Positions 25,167 through 37,433 of a stretch of 64,000 nt of DNA are shown in pieces. Each line of letters starts with the position of its first letter. Position 1 is the first letter of the stretch. The notes beneath the pieces are model-generated. The model ran no database searches, had not been told where the DNA came from, and saw nothing but the letters and a program-made list of their open reading frames with translations. This DNA is from Oikopleura dioica (Eukaryota > Animalia > Chordata). Location of the stretch: contig OU015569.1 of NCBI GenBank assembly GCA_907165135.1, forward strand, positions 4,216,001-4,280,000, in the 5' to 3' direction. The translations under genes and the position numbers were made by a program.

Positions 25167-27027
25167 ATGAAACCTTCAATCGACGATATGGATAACTACT
25201 TATCAAAGATGAACGATTACGTTCTCTACATGAGGTCGCTGGAGGCTCGTAACAAAGCATTGGAAGAGGAGAACGCGCGAATTAATCGTGAAAATAAGCA
25301 GTTGCGGAAAGAAATGTCCATTAAAGGAAGATTCGTTAATCGTTCTGCCAATATATCGCTCAGTCAGGCACCTTCTTTGGCCGAAAAAGTTCACCATGAC
25401 CTTAAGTACGCGTTGCCTTGAAAATTTAGCTAAAAAGTCGGCAAACCTCAATGAAATAAAATATACTCTACCTATTATCTCTTCTATTATTGCGTCTTCT
25501 TTAGACTGGTGCAGTAGATGTGATCACTGATCAGCACATATGTGAAGAGAAAGCACATAACATGGACGAACTTGTGACCCTCGGTCTCCCCCAGATTGAA
25601 ACTGCTGAAGTGAGAGTGGAGAGGCTTCTGAAATTTGGCGCATTTGGGAGAATCTATAATGCTCATGGTGAGATCTCTGACTATTTCTATCATCGAATTC
25701 TATTTTAGTCAATGGTGAGCAGATGGTTGTAAAACTATTCGACATTCGACATGGTCCGGCTGACCTAAAGCAGAGCGTCATAAGAGAGGCAAAGATGCTT
25801 CACTTAGCGAGAGACTTTGAATTGATCGTAAAGATTCATGGATGGTTTGTTAGCTCCTGTGGGATCGACGTTGGTTTTATTCTCGAAAAAGCTGACCAAG
25901 ACTTCGACGAGTACATTCATGGATCAATGAGTCTTATTTCTGAACTTCATCGCCTGGACTACATTATTTCCCTCCTTGTCGATCTCGGTAAAAATAAACA
26001 AACAAAAAAACATATCTAATGTGTCTTACAGCCGAGGCATTGCTTTATCTTCACGAGCAAAGCATTGTTCATCGTGATATCAAGCCTCGAAATTGTCTTC
26101 TATTTCGAGATGAAAACATGAGTGTCAGTCTCAAACTTGCAGATTTCGGCTCTACTCGGGTTCTCCCCTCAGACACCGAGCAGTTGACCGTGCAGGTTGG
26201 AACAGTTCTTTGGCAGGCTCCAGGAAAGGATAAAATGCCCTTGGTAGTTATTGTCACAGTTAAGTGTGTAAGTCGCGCGCCCCTAGATCCCGGATAAAGG
26301 TGTGCAAACGCCTCCCTCGCGAAGGTTGATCGACTTACATACAGAACTGTGTGATGAGATCGAGCTGAATTATTTATTCCGTATTATCCATTCTACAGAA
26401 ATGGATGGATTTGAAAAAGATGGATATGACGAGCGTGTTGATATATACAGCTTTGGAGTGATACTTTGGGAATGCTTGACGAAAAAGTACCCATTCTGTG
26501 GTAATTCAAAGAGTAATAAAGAGATGAAAGAGTGCCAAAAGGATGACTGGCAAGTAACGCGCGAGAAGCGACATCATTGTCATCCCGGACCTATCCCAAA
26601 GCTTTGTAACGAAGATATAACAGAAAAATTGAGTAATCTGATCTTCATATGCTGTGCAATGGATCCTGACAAAAGACCCGACGCGGAATCAATCCTTGAG
26701 GTCCTTCTGGGAATCTGGAATCAATATAGCGATACCGTTCTGACAATCCAGTACAATATCAACGAGTACCCGAATGAGAACAGCCTCCAAAATATTGACG
26801 ATCAACCCAACTTACTGAATTCACGAACAATCAATTACGTCCATAGCAACTCTCTTCTTTCCGAAGAGAATAGTACATTAGATTCGATCAGCGATTCCTT
26901 GAGCCGAATAAACATGGACACCGTGGACGGTCTTTCACATTCCAGCGAATTCATCGGAACTCAAGATCCGATAGACCCAGCCATCGATCCAGGACTCCCG
27001 CCAAACGACTTTGACAACACTCAATGA
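25167..27027 (+). CDS. TKL-group Ser/Thr kinase (TAK1/MLK-related) with N-terminal coiled coil
   Basis: Coiled coil RSLEARNKALEEENARINRENKQL; FGAFGRIY, MVVK, HRDIKPRN, DFG, WQAP/E, DIYSFGVILWE, DPDKRP; the open frame extends upstream of 25167, so the true start may be earlier. Confidence 0.85.
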
Positions 27028-27272
27028 CTTCCCCGTGCCTAATAAAAATCGCAAACTATGATACTGTACCATAAATTTCTATCTTCCCGTTCCGTTTATC
27101 AAGTTAATCAGTTTTAACTTTTAATTTTTTATACTTTCGTGACCTCTTTAACCGCGCTCTTTAATGACTGTAAATCAGTGATTTCATTCTTTCTTTCTCA
27201 CTCAATGCAATGCTATCCTCAAATGAACGGTCCATTGTTGAACTCTAGTCTCTTAGATCGCAGGATGTTCGA

Positions 27273-29097
27273 ATGGTAGACCTAACAAAACTTCTGGGGG
27301 ACCTTGTAAATGAAATACCTATCGAGCAGTGTCCCGAGCTTCATGGTGTTAATAAAATTGGCGAAGGAAAATGGGGGAAGGTGTATCGCTGCGCGCTAAA
27401 AAACCAAGATCCCGATGATGAAACAGTTTACGTAGCTAAAAACCTTGCGTTTTCAAAACAGCGGCCAGATGAGCGAAAAAGTATGGAACAAACATTCCGA
27501 CGGGAAGTGGAAGCGCTTTGGAGTATCAAATGCGACAGAATTGTGCAGCTGAAGGGAGTGTACGTAAACCAAAATGATGCAGGCATGATTTTGGAGTGTG
27601 CACAAATTAGTCTTGGTCAGCTTCTTCACTCGAAAGAGCACGAGAGTCTCAGCTATCATCTTGGACACGCGATCCACTGGATGCTCCATGCTGCGGAGGG
27701 TCTTCGTTACTTGCATTCTCGAAATCCGCCCATAATTCACCGAGATATAAAGTCCGATAACTGCCTTCTGTTCGACGATTGCCTCAGTCTAAAGCTCGCT
27801 GATTTCGGTCTCGCCCGAGAGGACGATGATATCAACAAGACGAACGCCATGGGAACACCAGGTTGGTGTAAACTGTTGTGTCAATTAGGTAAAATTAGTT
27901 AAGTTTGGATGGCGCCCGAGTGCAGCACTGGGAATGAATACGGACCCGAAGTTGACATCTATGGCTGGGGCATCATGTTCTGGGAATGTTTAACCAGGAT
28001 GTATCCCTTCTACAACTGCCGTTACACCTGCGACGCAAAGGGAAACTACATGAATATCATTCTTAGGAAGGTTGAGAAGAAGGAAATGCCGGCAAAGATC
28101 AGTGGCATCCCCGAGGTACTATGGAATGTGATGGAAAAGTCGTTCGCGTTTGAGCCAGCGGAGCGACTGAAAGCCCCAATTATCGTCAAATACATGGAAG
28201 AATTCACTAAATTCGTCTGGGAGCCAAAGAGGATAGCCGTTCTCGAGGATAAATATGAACCAAGCTTAGAGAAAGAGTCCACCGATAACTTTGATAGCAA
28301 TATGTCGAGGTAAATTAACGATAAAAAGAATGAGGCATTAACTTTGTTCCCAGAGTCACTGCATATCAGCCAAGTAAAGATGCCAAAACAATAACAGAGT
28401 TTCACCCGGCTTTTAACGACATGCTTGAGGCACCAAAGAAGCGAAAAGAGCATGTCCGCTCAAGATCAGCGGAGCCAAACCTGCTCCAAGAGATTCAGCG
28501 GGAGGAGTGCTTCAACCGCTCAAACAGTTTTTATACGAAACAAAGCTCTAGAAGATCGGACTACTCTTCTCTAAATGCCCCTCCGTCCCTAGGAGAAACT
28601 ATTGACCGCAGGTATCGATACTAATGACGGCTTAGAATTAACACTTTAAAAGGATCGGCAGTCAATCGAGTGTTATCTCAGAGGGAACCAACTTCGGGGA
28701 CTCAGGATATCATGTTGCCCTTGGTAAGTTTGACCAGCAACAAAAGATTTTTCTTGGTGGTTGTTTCATCTAACTTGGGTTCAGCTCCGACAGATGATTT
28801 TCAACCTAGCTGCTTCCCAAAACTACCGAATCCGCGTTTCTCCAGAAGTATAACCTCAATCTGGTCAACCTCCAAGAAAGAGTTAGACAGGGAACTGCCA
28901 GAATATGAGTCACTTTGCCATTATTCAGTTCAGCTCAATCGCGAAGGTAATTTTTCATCTGTCCTATGTTTTTTCTTAACTCCTTTGTAGCGAACGACTG
29001 TTGTAAGGAACATGAGTCCCAAATGCGACGAATCGAGCAATTCGATAATGACTTGGCTAATCGTCAACAAGTTTTGGAGGTTCGAGATTTACTTTAA
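27273..29097 (+). CDS. MAP3K7: TAK1/MAP3K7-like kinase
   Basis: IGEGKWGKVY, YVAK, SYHLGHAIHWMLHAAEGLRYLHS (TAK1-like), HRDIKSDN, DFG, KTNAMGTP/VWMAPE; C-terminal coiled-coil-like exons. Confidence 0.75.
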
Positions 29098-29877
29098 CTT
29101 CTGTTGCGATTTTATTTTTTGATGAATGCCAGTTAGCGAAATGAAAACTACGATATTTTTCATTTGATTTTGATACCGTAATTTTCAGTGATAAAATCGA
29201 TTATTTTCTCCCTTACAATGTCAGTGCTCTTTTTTGAACAAAATGTTTTAGCCGCTCCGATCGAGGTGAGCGCATGAAACTACGAGCATAGAGAAATACC
29301 TCCCTTGTTGAACTCGTGATAATTGCGCGTTGTTTCTGCGCTAAAACTAAATGAACGGCGTGGCGGTCACTATCAGCCATTTTCGCTCGTCATGGCCACG
29401 CCTTCTTGGTCACATTTTTCGTAAAAGCAAGACGTAAACACGCGTGCTTATTATTTTCAAGAGCATTTCAATCGAAATTTAATCTTACTATTTCACTTTA
29501 AAGTCACTTTTGGGATAGAGAAGGGCCATTTCATGAGAAAATAATTTTAATACAAAAATTGAGCTGCCATATTTCAAAATTAATAATGCACTTTAGATTA
29601 AAATATTTTTGGAAAGAAGCTGATTTGAATTTCGAATGGCAGAATAAAAATTTTTAATGATTTATCTTTATTTATTTGTGCTCATCTCGTTATTTCCCAG
29701 ACAGAAAAAAGTCATTCGAGGTTGAAAACAGGTTTGTTGTGATTTTTAAACGAACTCGAGTACTAGATGCATATTTCCCTGATTTGGGTGTGTGCGTGAG
29801 CACTCCTCACAGGACATGTGCCTGGGCGTCCTTCACAGGCCCGATGCGCCTAAAATCTTCACCCAGTGTCCTTATCG

Positions 29878-30637
29878 AGCTAATCGTCCAAAGACGCAGA
29901 GACCACGCGACCATTGCCCCTTTTTGGTTTTGAGACATTTTGGGAATCGCTTTTGGTGCTTTCCTTTTGCAGAGTCAAAGTTTATATTATTTCTCCATGA
30001 AAGTTATTTAGACGGAGGGCGCGAGGGCGGTTGCTTTGGAGGAGTATTTAAAAAACGAAGCAAAGAAGAAGCAGCAAAAGGGCACTCTTCGTCGACGCTC
30101 GTCGCCCTCTTCACCAAGTTGTCTCGACGTTCCTGCTGACACGAAGAAGACGCAATTTTGACCACTTCGCTATTATTACATTCCGCCCTTTTCTCACATT
30201 CAAGCTCGCGGATTCTAATTCATCCGCAGATTCTATCTCGCTCTCCAACACCACTCCATAAAGTTCCTAGCGTCGAGACAAATTCTTTCGATTTCAGAAA
30301 ACAACAATAAATTGTCTTCAAATATTTAACCCATGGGCAAGCGAAAAAGGTATTTTCAATAATGGTGATAACTCTTGGTCACACTTTTCAATTTGCCCTC
30401 GGGGGTGTGACACTGAATGCATTGTGTGCCCGTTCGTGTTTGCTTATTTACCAATGGCTCCCTGTTTGAGTTGTTGATTCTTTTCTGGTGGGATGTTGCT
30501 CCTGCTTTGGGCAGTGATCGCCCATTTGCTGATGCTTTTCGACTAAACCTTACTGAACATTTTTGCACTTTTATACTCTGCTCAAACTTTGTGTATTTAA
30601 AATGCTCAAGATTGAGTTTCCTGAAGTTTTCACTCAC
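29878..30637 (-). CDS. Possible uncharacterised gene
   Basis: Coding-like minus segments MSENFRKLNLEHF.., EIERICLDARNFMEWLLESEIES.., LQKESTKSDSQNV..LDD*; exon chain not resolved. Confidence 0.3.
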
Positions 30638-30877
30638 GAGCGGCGCTCAATTTTCTTGCTATCAGAAAACAGTTGAAAGTGATTCGGAAAATGAGAGTAC
30701 TTCAAGTACTTTCCCGAATGCCTTCCTCTAGGCTTTTCAGGTTAGCAACGAAACAACCTTTTCTTCCTTTCTTTTGAACATTAAAATATTTCCATTCAGC
30801 AACTGTGCCTTCTAACCATCTCAAAGTATATTTCTTTTAGTTCATCCTCGAGCGTAGCTGCTTCGAAGCAAGCTAAA

Positions 30878-31414
30878 ATGTCCTCTCTTCCAAAACTGCA
30901 GCGAGAAGCATTACATACTGACCAAGCGCCGGCCGCTGTTGGTCCCTATTCGCAGGCAGTACGCGTCGACCGAACAATTTACATCTCTGGTAACTCTATT
31001 CAATCCGAATACCCATTAACGTCGACTTCAGGCCAAATCCCCTTCGATCCTGTTACCATGAAGAAAGTGGATGGAGACATTCAGGCGGAGACCCACCAAG
31101 TAATGAAGAATCTCGAGGCAATTCTGAAGAATGCTGGCTGCGATTTCTCCAACGGTAATTGTGAAAAGAGGCGTATTGAACTTGTATGTTTTATGTGGCT
31201 TACATAATCCCAAAAACAAATTATGACCTAGATTTTAGTGATCAAAACAACTGTTCTCGTAAAAAACATGGACGAGTTCGCTCTCGTTAACGAAGTTTAC
31301 GCCCAGTACTTCAAGCAACCGTATCCGGCTCGGGCCTGTTTTGAGGTCGCTCGCCTCCCAAAAGACGTTAACGTTGAAATCGAAGCCATCGCCGTCATTG
31401 GACCATTCGAGTAA
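30878..31414 (+). CDS. RIDA: RidA/UK114 2-iminobutanoate deaminase
   Basis: [71 protein letters not shown]. Confidence 0.97.
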
Positions 31415-31602
31415 GCGAGATCAAAATTTGTGCTAAGCAACAAGAACCGACTTTAATTCATCAAACAATTTATCATTTTCTGTGAAGGGCAATTCCCGAC
31501 TATTCAATATTTATTCCTGAATTCTGTTCAGATCGTTAAAATTCTGGTGTATATCTAAAGAAGCTTATTAACGTAAATTCTATTTAGAATAAGAGCGACA
31601 AG

Positions 31603-32686
31603 ATGTCGAACTTGATCCCGGGATATAAAAGACATTCTATAGAAGAATTTTCGGGCGATACGAAGCGGATTCGCCCGACAAATCGAGAGAAAACTACTGA
31701 TAAAAAGACTCGCGGTCGTGTGAAGATAAAGATTGAGCTCATCCAAGATCGACAAAAACGATGTACGACGTTTTCTAAACGCAAGGCTGGACTTATGAAG
31801 AAATCACACGAATTAGCGACGCTGACTGGCAGTCAGGTAGCCCGTCTTTGTAATATAATGGAGAGCACAGAATTAAGTTTAGGTAATGGTACTGGTTGCT
31901 AGCGAAACTGGGCATATTTATACACACGCGACTCCCAAGTTCCAACCAATGCTAAACTCGAAGCAGGGACGAAAGCTTATCAAAACTTGCCTTGAAAGTG
32001 ACAAGGGGGAAATGAACATGGCAGAGAGTATTCCAGAAGAAGCACCTGCCATCGAAATCATAGAAAATATCGATAAAGGGACTGATCACGAGTCCGATGA
32101 TTCTGTCAATGAAGGAAGGTGTTTTCAATTAATAATCGAAACCTTTTAATATACTCAAGTGGCTTGAGTCAAGCCTTCCAATTAAAAACATGCAAACAGA
32201 ACCAACTGAAATTCAAAATCGACCAAATTTTAAATCGATCAATGCTCTTGTTGGCCGGAATATTTCCGATAGGTAGACAAGTATCCAAGAAGTCGTAAAC
32301 CAATTGAGAGTAGTGATCAACCGGTCGCAAATATACCACTCGTGACCTCGCAATTACGTCGACGGGTTGCTCAATCATCGAATATTTTCCCGCAGTCGCT
32401 TCAGAATCCCGAGAAAGTTTGCATCGGCCCACCTCGCCATTTAGAGGAGTACAGAACGATCTCGTCTGTACCTGTTTCCCTAAGGCTCAAGTAAGTGAAA
32501 CCTTCTATCAAAGAAGCTAATTTCTATTTCAGCAGAGATAACCCCGACTCGCTAGAGTTCAGCTATCTGCCACAGAACGACCACCAGGCACCACCTAATC
32601 CAATGCTTCACCGAACAATCACAGCTCCTGCAAGCCCAAAACTCTTCAAAGCTGCGCCGTATCTAAATCAGAGTGATAATCGATAA
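31603..32686 (+). CDS. SRF: SRF-type MADS-box transcription factor, copy 1
   Basis: KKTRGRVKIKIELI..RCTTFSKRKAGLMKKSHELATLTGSQ/VMVLVASETGHIYTHATPKFQP. Confidence 0.92.
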
Positions 32687-33074
32687 TCGTTTTTTTTACT
32701 TCAATGCTTTGCGACTTTATTATTAAATCCCAAAACTGTATATACTTCCCTTTGTTTCTTGGATTTTTGTCAATTTTAGGTGACCCGTGTGATTCTCTTG
32801 TCTGTTTGTGTGGTCTGTAGTCGACGTAACTGCTTATCAAGTTCACATTCGTGAACAGTTGATCAATCCATTTTAAATTTTTGAAAGCATTTTCTTATTC
32901 TTCCTTGATTGCAAGTTTTCGCAAAAGCAGTGCGCAACGCTTGTTATGTTTCAAATCGTGTCTGTCATCATTCAAGGTCTCCGATATTTATTTCCTGTCT
33001 GATTGCATCTCATGTGCCTTAAAAATTTCTCTGAATTCCGAAAATTATTTGACATTATGCAATTTCAGATATTA

Positions 33075-34301
33075 ATGAATTCGAAGAAAAATGACATGAA
33101 TTTGAAACGACAAAATGCTCTCTCGTCTGAGCAGCATATTGCACCAAAGATAACAAAACTAGAAACATACCATGCCGACACAAATTCGAACCTTCTCGAC
33201 CAACAAGAGCCTAATTCGTCCTGCAACGAAACGAAGAAAAAGACGAGAGGGCGCGTTAAGATTGATATAGAGGTGAGCGAGATTGCTCAAACTTGAAGTT
33301 TTAAAAGTGAATAAAGTTCATGAAAGACAAGCAGAAAAGGTGCACTACGTTCTCAAAAAGAAAGTCAGGGCTGATGAAAAAATCCTACGAATTAGCCACT
33401 TTAACGGGCTCACAGGTATACAGACAAAACGGACAATTCCAAAATTTTTTTTTTATGGGGAAAAGCGCCAAATCTCCGGAATTGTCCGAATTCTACTTGA
33501 AAATTTTTTTCTTCCAAAATGCTTTTTTTAAAGGTGTCAACCTGAAAATAGGCTTTTTTAAGTGCTGTCGATGGCTTTTTGGCTTTTCTCTGATTACCTT
33601 TCTGAAAATTATTCGTTTTTTTCGCAAAAAGGTGGTCCAACATAGAAAATAGACCTCTCAGATGAATTTTTTGTTTGAAATTTTCGGAATTGTGCGCTTA
33701 CATAATTTTACCAATTTCCCTCAAATCTCCTGAATTGTCCGTTCCGGAATTGTCCGTTTTGTCTGTACATGCGGCATGTTACATGCCCTAGTGTATTTTT
33801 TTAATAATCTTTAGGTAATGGTTTTGGTTGCTTCGGAAACCGGCCATGTTTATACATATGCAACGAAGAAATTCCAGCCTGTTTTGAACTCTACCCCTGG
33901 TCGGAAACTGATTCAGACCTGTTTGGCAAGTGATAACAATTCTATTGAAGAAGAAACTTTTGATCCTGAAATAGAAATAACAGGTTTAACTCCAGTTAGA
34001 CGATCATTCCTGTAACGAGTTTGTAGTGGATGAAGATGACGACGACAACACTCCGATTTCTCCGTTGGCAGTGTCAGCTGGAATGTCCAACTCCCATTCA
34101 GTAAATGAGCCACCACAGGCGGGACCCCACAATCTCCATGAGCCTATGCCCCCAAATCCTTCAGGCCTGTGTTATAGTCGTTAATAATTAAAATTTAAAA
34201 AACCCGCGAATAACACTTGGAAAGACTCTGCCCCACAGTGTGCATTGACGCGTCCTGGAGTTATCACGAAAACGTCGACGTATGGACACACTATGAGATA
34301 G
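33075..34301 (+). CDS. SRF: SRF-type MADS-box transcription factor, copy 2 (tandem paralogue)
   Basis: KKTRGRVKIDIE/FMKDKQKRCTTFSKRKSGLMKKSYELATLTGSQ/VMVLVASETGHVYTYATKKFQP; 3' end approximate. Confidence 0.9.
33421..33765. mobile_element. 345-bp Tc1/mariner-type MITE in an intron of SRF copy 2
   Basis: Perfect 20-bp TIR CAGACAAAACGGACAATTCC / GGAATTGTCCGTTTTGTCTG, TA on both sides (33419-20, 33766-67), internal GGAATTGTCC subterminal repeats. Confidence 0.9.
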
Positions 34302-34599
34302 TGCTATGTAAGAAACAGCCTGAAAACTACCTTAATGTATCGGTATACAATATCTTCGTTCAATCTTTTTTTTTTGATATCCACTTTTCATACTTGGAAT
34401 TTCCCCTGAAAGCTTCGCTGGATGCAATTGCTATATATTCTATTTCAACTTCAAACTTTCATTCTTAATGTAGCTTGTTTATTGACTTAATCTTTACTGG
34501 CCAGAACTTCCTCTTCTCTCTCAACAAACTTCTCATTGAATTCTATTTTTTACAGTGAAAATATAGGTATTCATTTAAGATAGTCAGATAGCAATCGTC

Positions 34600-36184
34600 A
34601 TGGTAAAGGCTGGAAAAGATGAAACCGAAACGGTCGCGCCTCGACGCAGTGCTAGAAACCTCGAAAAGCGGAAAGTGTCCGAAGAGACACCAGTTCCGGA
34701 ACAGGCAAAACCCAAGCAGGCTAAGAAAGCGCCTGCTAAGAAAAAGCCATCAAAAATTGAACATGCACCAGCAGAGGCTGTCGAGACTGAGAAGGACGCT
34801 GAGGAGGAAGCAAAACCAAAGCAAGCAAAAAAGGAGCCCGCTAAAAAGAAGCAGGCTAAGATAGAAAAAGCGCCTGCTGCTGCTGAGAATGAAGAGGAAC
34901 CCGCAACTAAAGAAACAAAAAAGAAGCAAGCCAAGAAAGCACCTCCAAAGAAGAACGAGGCCAAAGGACCCAAACGAAAGAAAGACGCTGAAGAAGAGAC
35001 GAATGGCCTACCAGTACCAGACCTTGGCCCCGCAACGCAAGAGAAACCAGGCAGCGACGGTATGGCTTTGATGTAACCAAAATGAAACTCATTTCATATT
35101 TTTCCTCTACATAATTTTTGTATATTGTTGAGTATTTGTTTTTTCATATTATTTCATTTTAGACGAGTCGGCGACAGAAAAAGTCGAATCAACTGGTATG
35201 TTCAAAATTGCAACCTGGAATGTCGCAGGTCTCTATGCCTGTATCAAGAAGGGATTCGTCGAAACGGCCAAAACTCTTGATTGCGATGTTATCTGTCTTC
35301 AGGAGACAAAGCTTTCTCTGAAAAAGGGACCACCCCCAGAGATTAGAAGCGAGCTTAAAGACTGGAAATACCAGAATTACGCCAACTCTGAGGGGAAGGC
35401 CGGCTATTCTGGAACTGCTATCTTTTCTAAGACAAAGGTACAGTTGATGCAAGATCTAAAGTTAACGACATATTTTTAAGCCGTTGAGCATCCAACGAGG
35501 AATCGGAAAGTCAAAACACGATGACTTTGGTCGATCCTGCACCGCTGAGGTATATTGAAATATCATATTTTTCCCTATAACTGCATATTATTAGTTTGAG
35601 AAGTTCTATCTGGTAACCAGCTACGTTCCGAATTCTGGACGAGGTCTAGTCAACTTAGACTATCGAACGAAGGAGTGGGAGAGTGACCTCCGCAATTATT
35701 TGACAAAATTAAACAAAACGAAACCAGTCATCTACTGTGGTGATCTCAATGTTGCTCACACTGGTAAGCAACTCATAAACCTCTTGTGACAAGAGTTCTC
35801 ATTACTGTAATCTTAATCCATGTTTCTATAGCAATTGACTTGACAAATGACAAGTCCAACTACAACAAGACGGCCGGATATACGCAAGCGGAGATTGACG
35901 AGCTCGAGAAACTTCTCGGTCTCGGGTACGTTGACGCTTATCGCAAGCTCTACCCAAAAGAAGAAGATTGCTACACCTTCTGGAGCTACATGGGAGGCGC
36001 TCGCGCCAAAAACGTCGGCTGGCGACTTGATTACTTCCTTATGAAGGTAAGTGATTAATTTATTGGTTCAATTCTTCAGTGGAAAATTCAGGACTGTGAG
36101 GAATGGGTTGAAGATGTTGTCATCCATTCCAAAGCTCAAGGCTCCGATCACTGCCCCGTCGAAATCAAGTTGAATCTTCCTTGA
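34600..36184 (+). CDS. APEX1: AP endonuclease 1 with long Lys/Ala/Glu-rich repeated N-terminus
   Basis: KIATWNVAG, DVICLQETK, GYSGTAIFSK, YVPNSG, YCGDLNVAH, YTFWSY..NVGWRLDYFL, GSDHCPV. Confidence 0.96.
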
Positions 36185-36364
36185 TTCCAAAAGAAGCCAC
36201 CACTTCAACGTTCCCCTGCACTGCCCCTGCAGAATACCTAGATAAAATTTTCGAGCAAATCCATTGTTCATAATGAACGTTTAACTCTGCTAATAAAAGA
36301 CAATTATCGCAAGGAATAACTATTGATTCCGCACAGAAAGTACTGAATCGCTATTAGACGATTT

Positions 36365-36942
36365 TCAATAAGGATTTCTGAGTGAAATCCTTACCCCCCT
36401 ATTTTATTTGCTCATTGAAAAGAGCGTAAAAAGTTATCCCAGATTCCCCCGGAAAATGATGAAATTTTCGAAAAAATGATGTGAGGGCACGTGACTGAAG
36501 TCACAAAAAACTCAAACTTTCCCGCTCGAGCATTTTCGACTCGTCTGAGCTAATAAGGCTTGTAATAGCTCAAAATGATCGTCTCTGCGAGCTCTTGCTG
36601 GGCATCAAGTTTTCATCCCTCTTCAACCCTTTTTCAACCCTTTATCTATTGCTCGAAAAATAGAAATTCAAAAAAAGGGTTGAAAAGGGATGAAAACATG
36701 ATGCCCAGCAAGAGCTCGCAGAGACGATCATTTTGAGCTATTACAAGCCTTATTAGCTCAGACGAGTCGAAAATGCCCGGGCGGGAAAGTTTTGGTACTT
36801 TTGGGACTTCAGTCACGTGCCATGACGCTATTTCTTCGGAAATTTTATCCTTTTCCGGGGAAATCTGGGATAATTTTTTACGCTCTTTTCAATGAGCTAA
36901 TAAAAAAGGGGGGTCAGGATTTCACTCAGAAATCCTTATTGA
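36365..36942. mobile_element. ~578-bp foldback palindrome (MITE-like)
   Basis: Two ~270-bp arms in near-perfect inverted orientation around a short spacer; each end has an AGGATTTC-TGAGT-GAAATCCT hairpin. Confidence 0.85.
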
Positions 36943-37001
36943 TTAAAGAAAATGACTTTGTTTTTATTTGGCAGGAACGTCTGATTTATGCAGGTAGCCA
37001 G

Positions 37002-37433
37002 CTAGTGTCGGCATCGACCACCCTTTTTCAATGTCGGGTCGGGCCACTTTGAAATGGCCGAAATCATGGTCGGGTCGGGTCGAGTCGGCCTTTTGGTCGG
37101 GTCGGTGGTCGGTTTTTTTTAACCAATGAGAATGATGAAAAAGCTTCAAAATCGAAAGATGGGGGTTATGAAACTTTCGATTTTATAAATGTCCTAAATT
37201 CTAAATGGTTTTGCGCTAGTGAAATTAAAATATGAAAAACTTCTCGAATAACAGAAGTGAATTTATGTCAGAAAACATGCCCGAGAATGAGCGAAAACCG
37301 ACCACAGACCCGACAAAAACCCGACCATCGACCGACCAACGACAAATCTCAATGTCGGGTCGGGTCGGTCCGACCAAAACCCGACCCGACACCCGACAAT
37401 GTCGATTTGGTCGATGGTCGGCGCCGACCCTAG
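37002..37433. mobile_element. 432-bp hAT-like MITE with 8-bp TSD
   Basis: Imperfect TIR CTAG(T/G)GTCGGC..CGACCA; exact direct repeat GTAGCCAG at 36994-37001 and 37434-37441; many GTCGG/CCGAC subterminal motifs. Confidence 0.85.

Noticed and set aside
34167-34225. Possible GC-AG intron in SRF copy 2
   Set aside because: No conserved protein motif fixes the junction
34584-34973. 129-aa hydrophobic minus ORF
   Set aside because: Antisense shadow of the APEX1 Lys/Ala repeats
37002-37433. CRISPR-like short repeats
   Set aside because: Irregular spacing, no unique spacers, no cas genes, eukaryotic context
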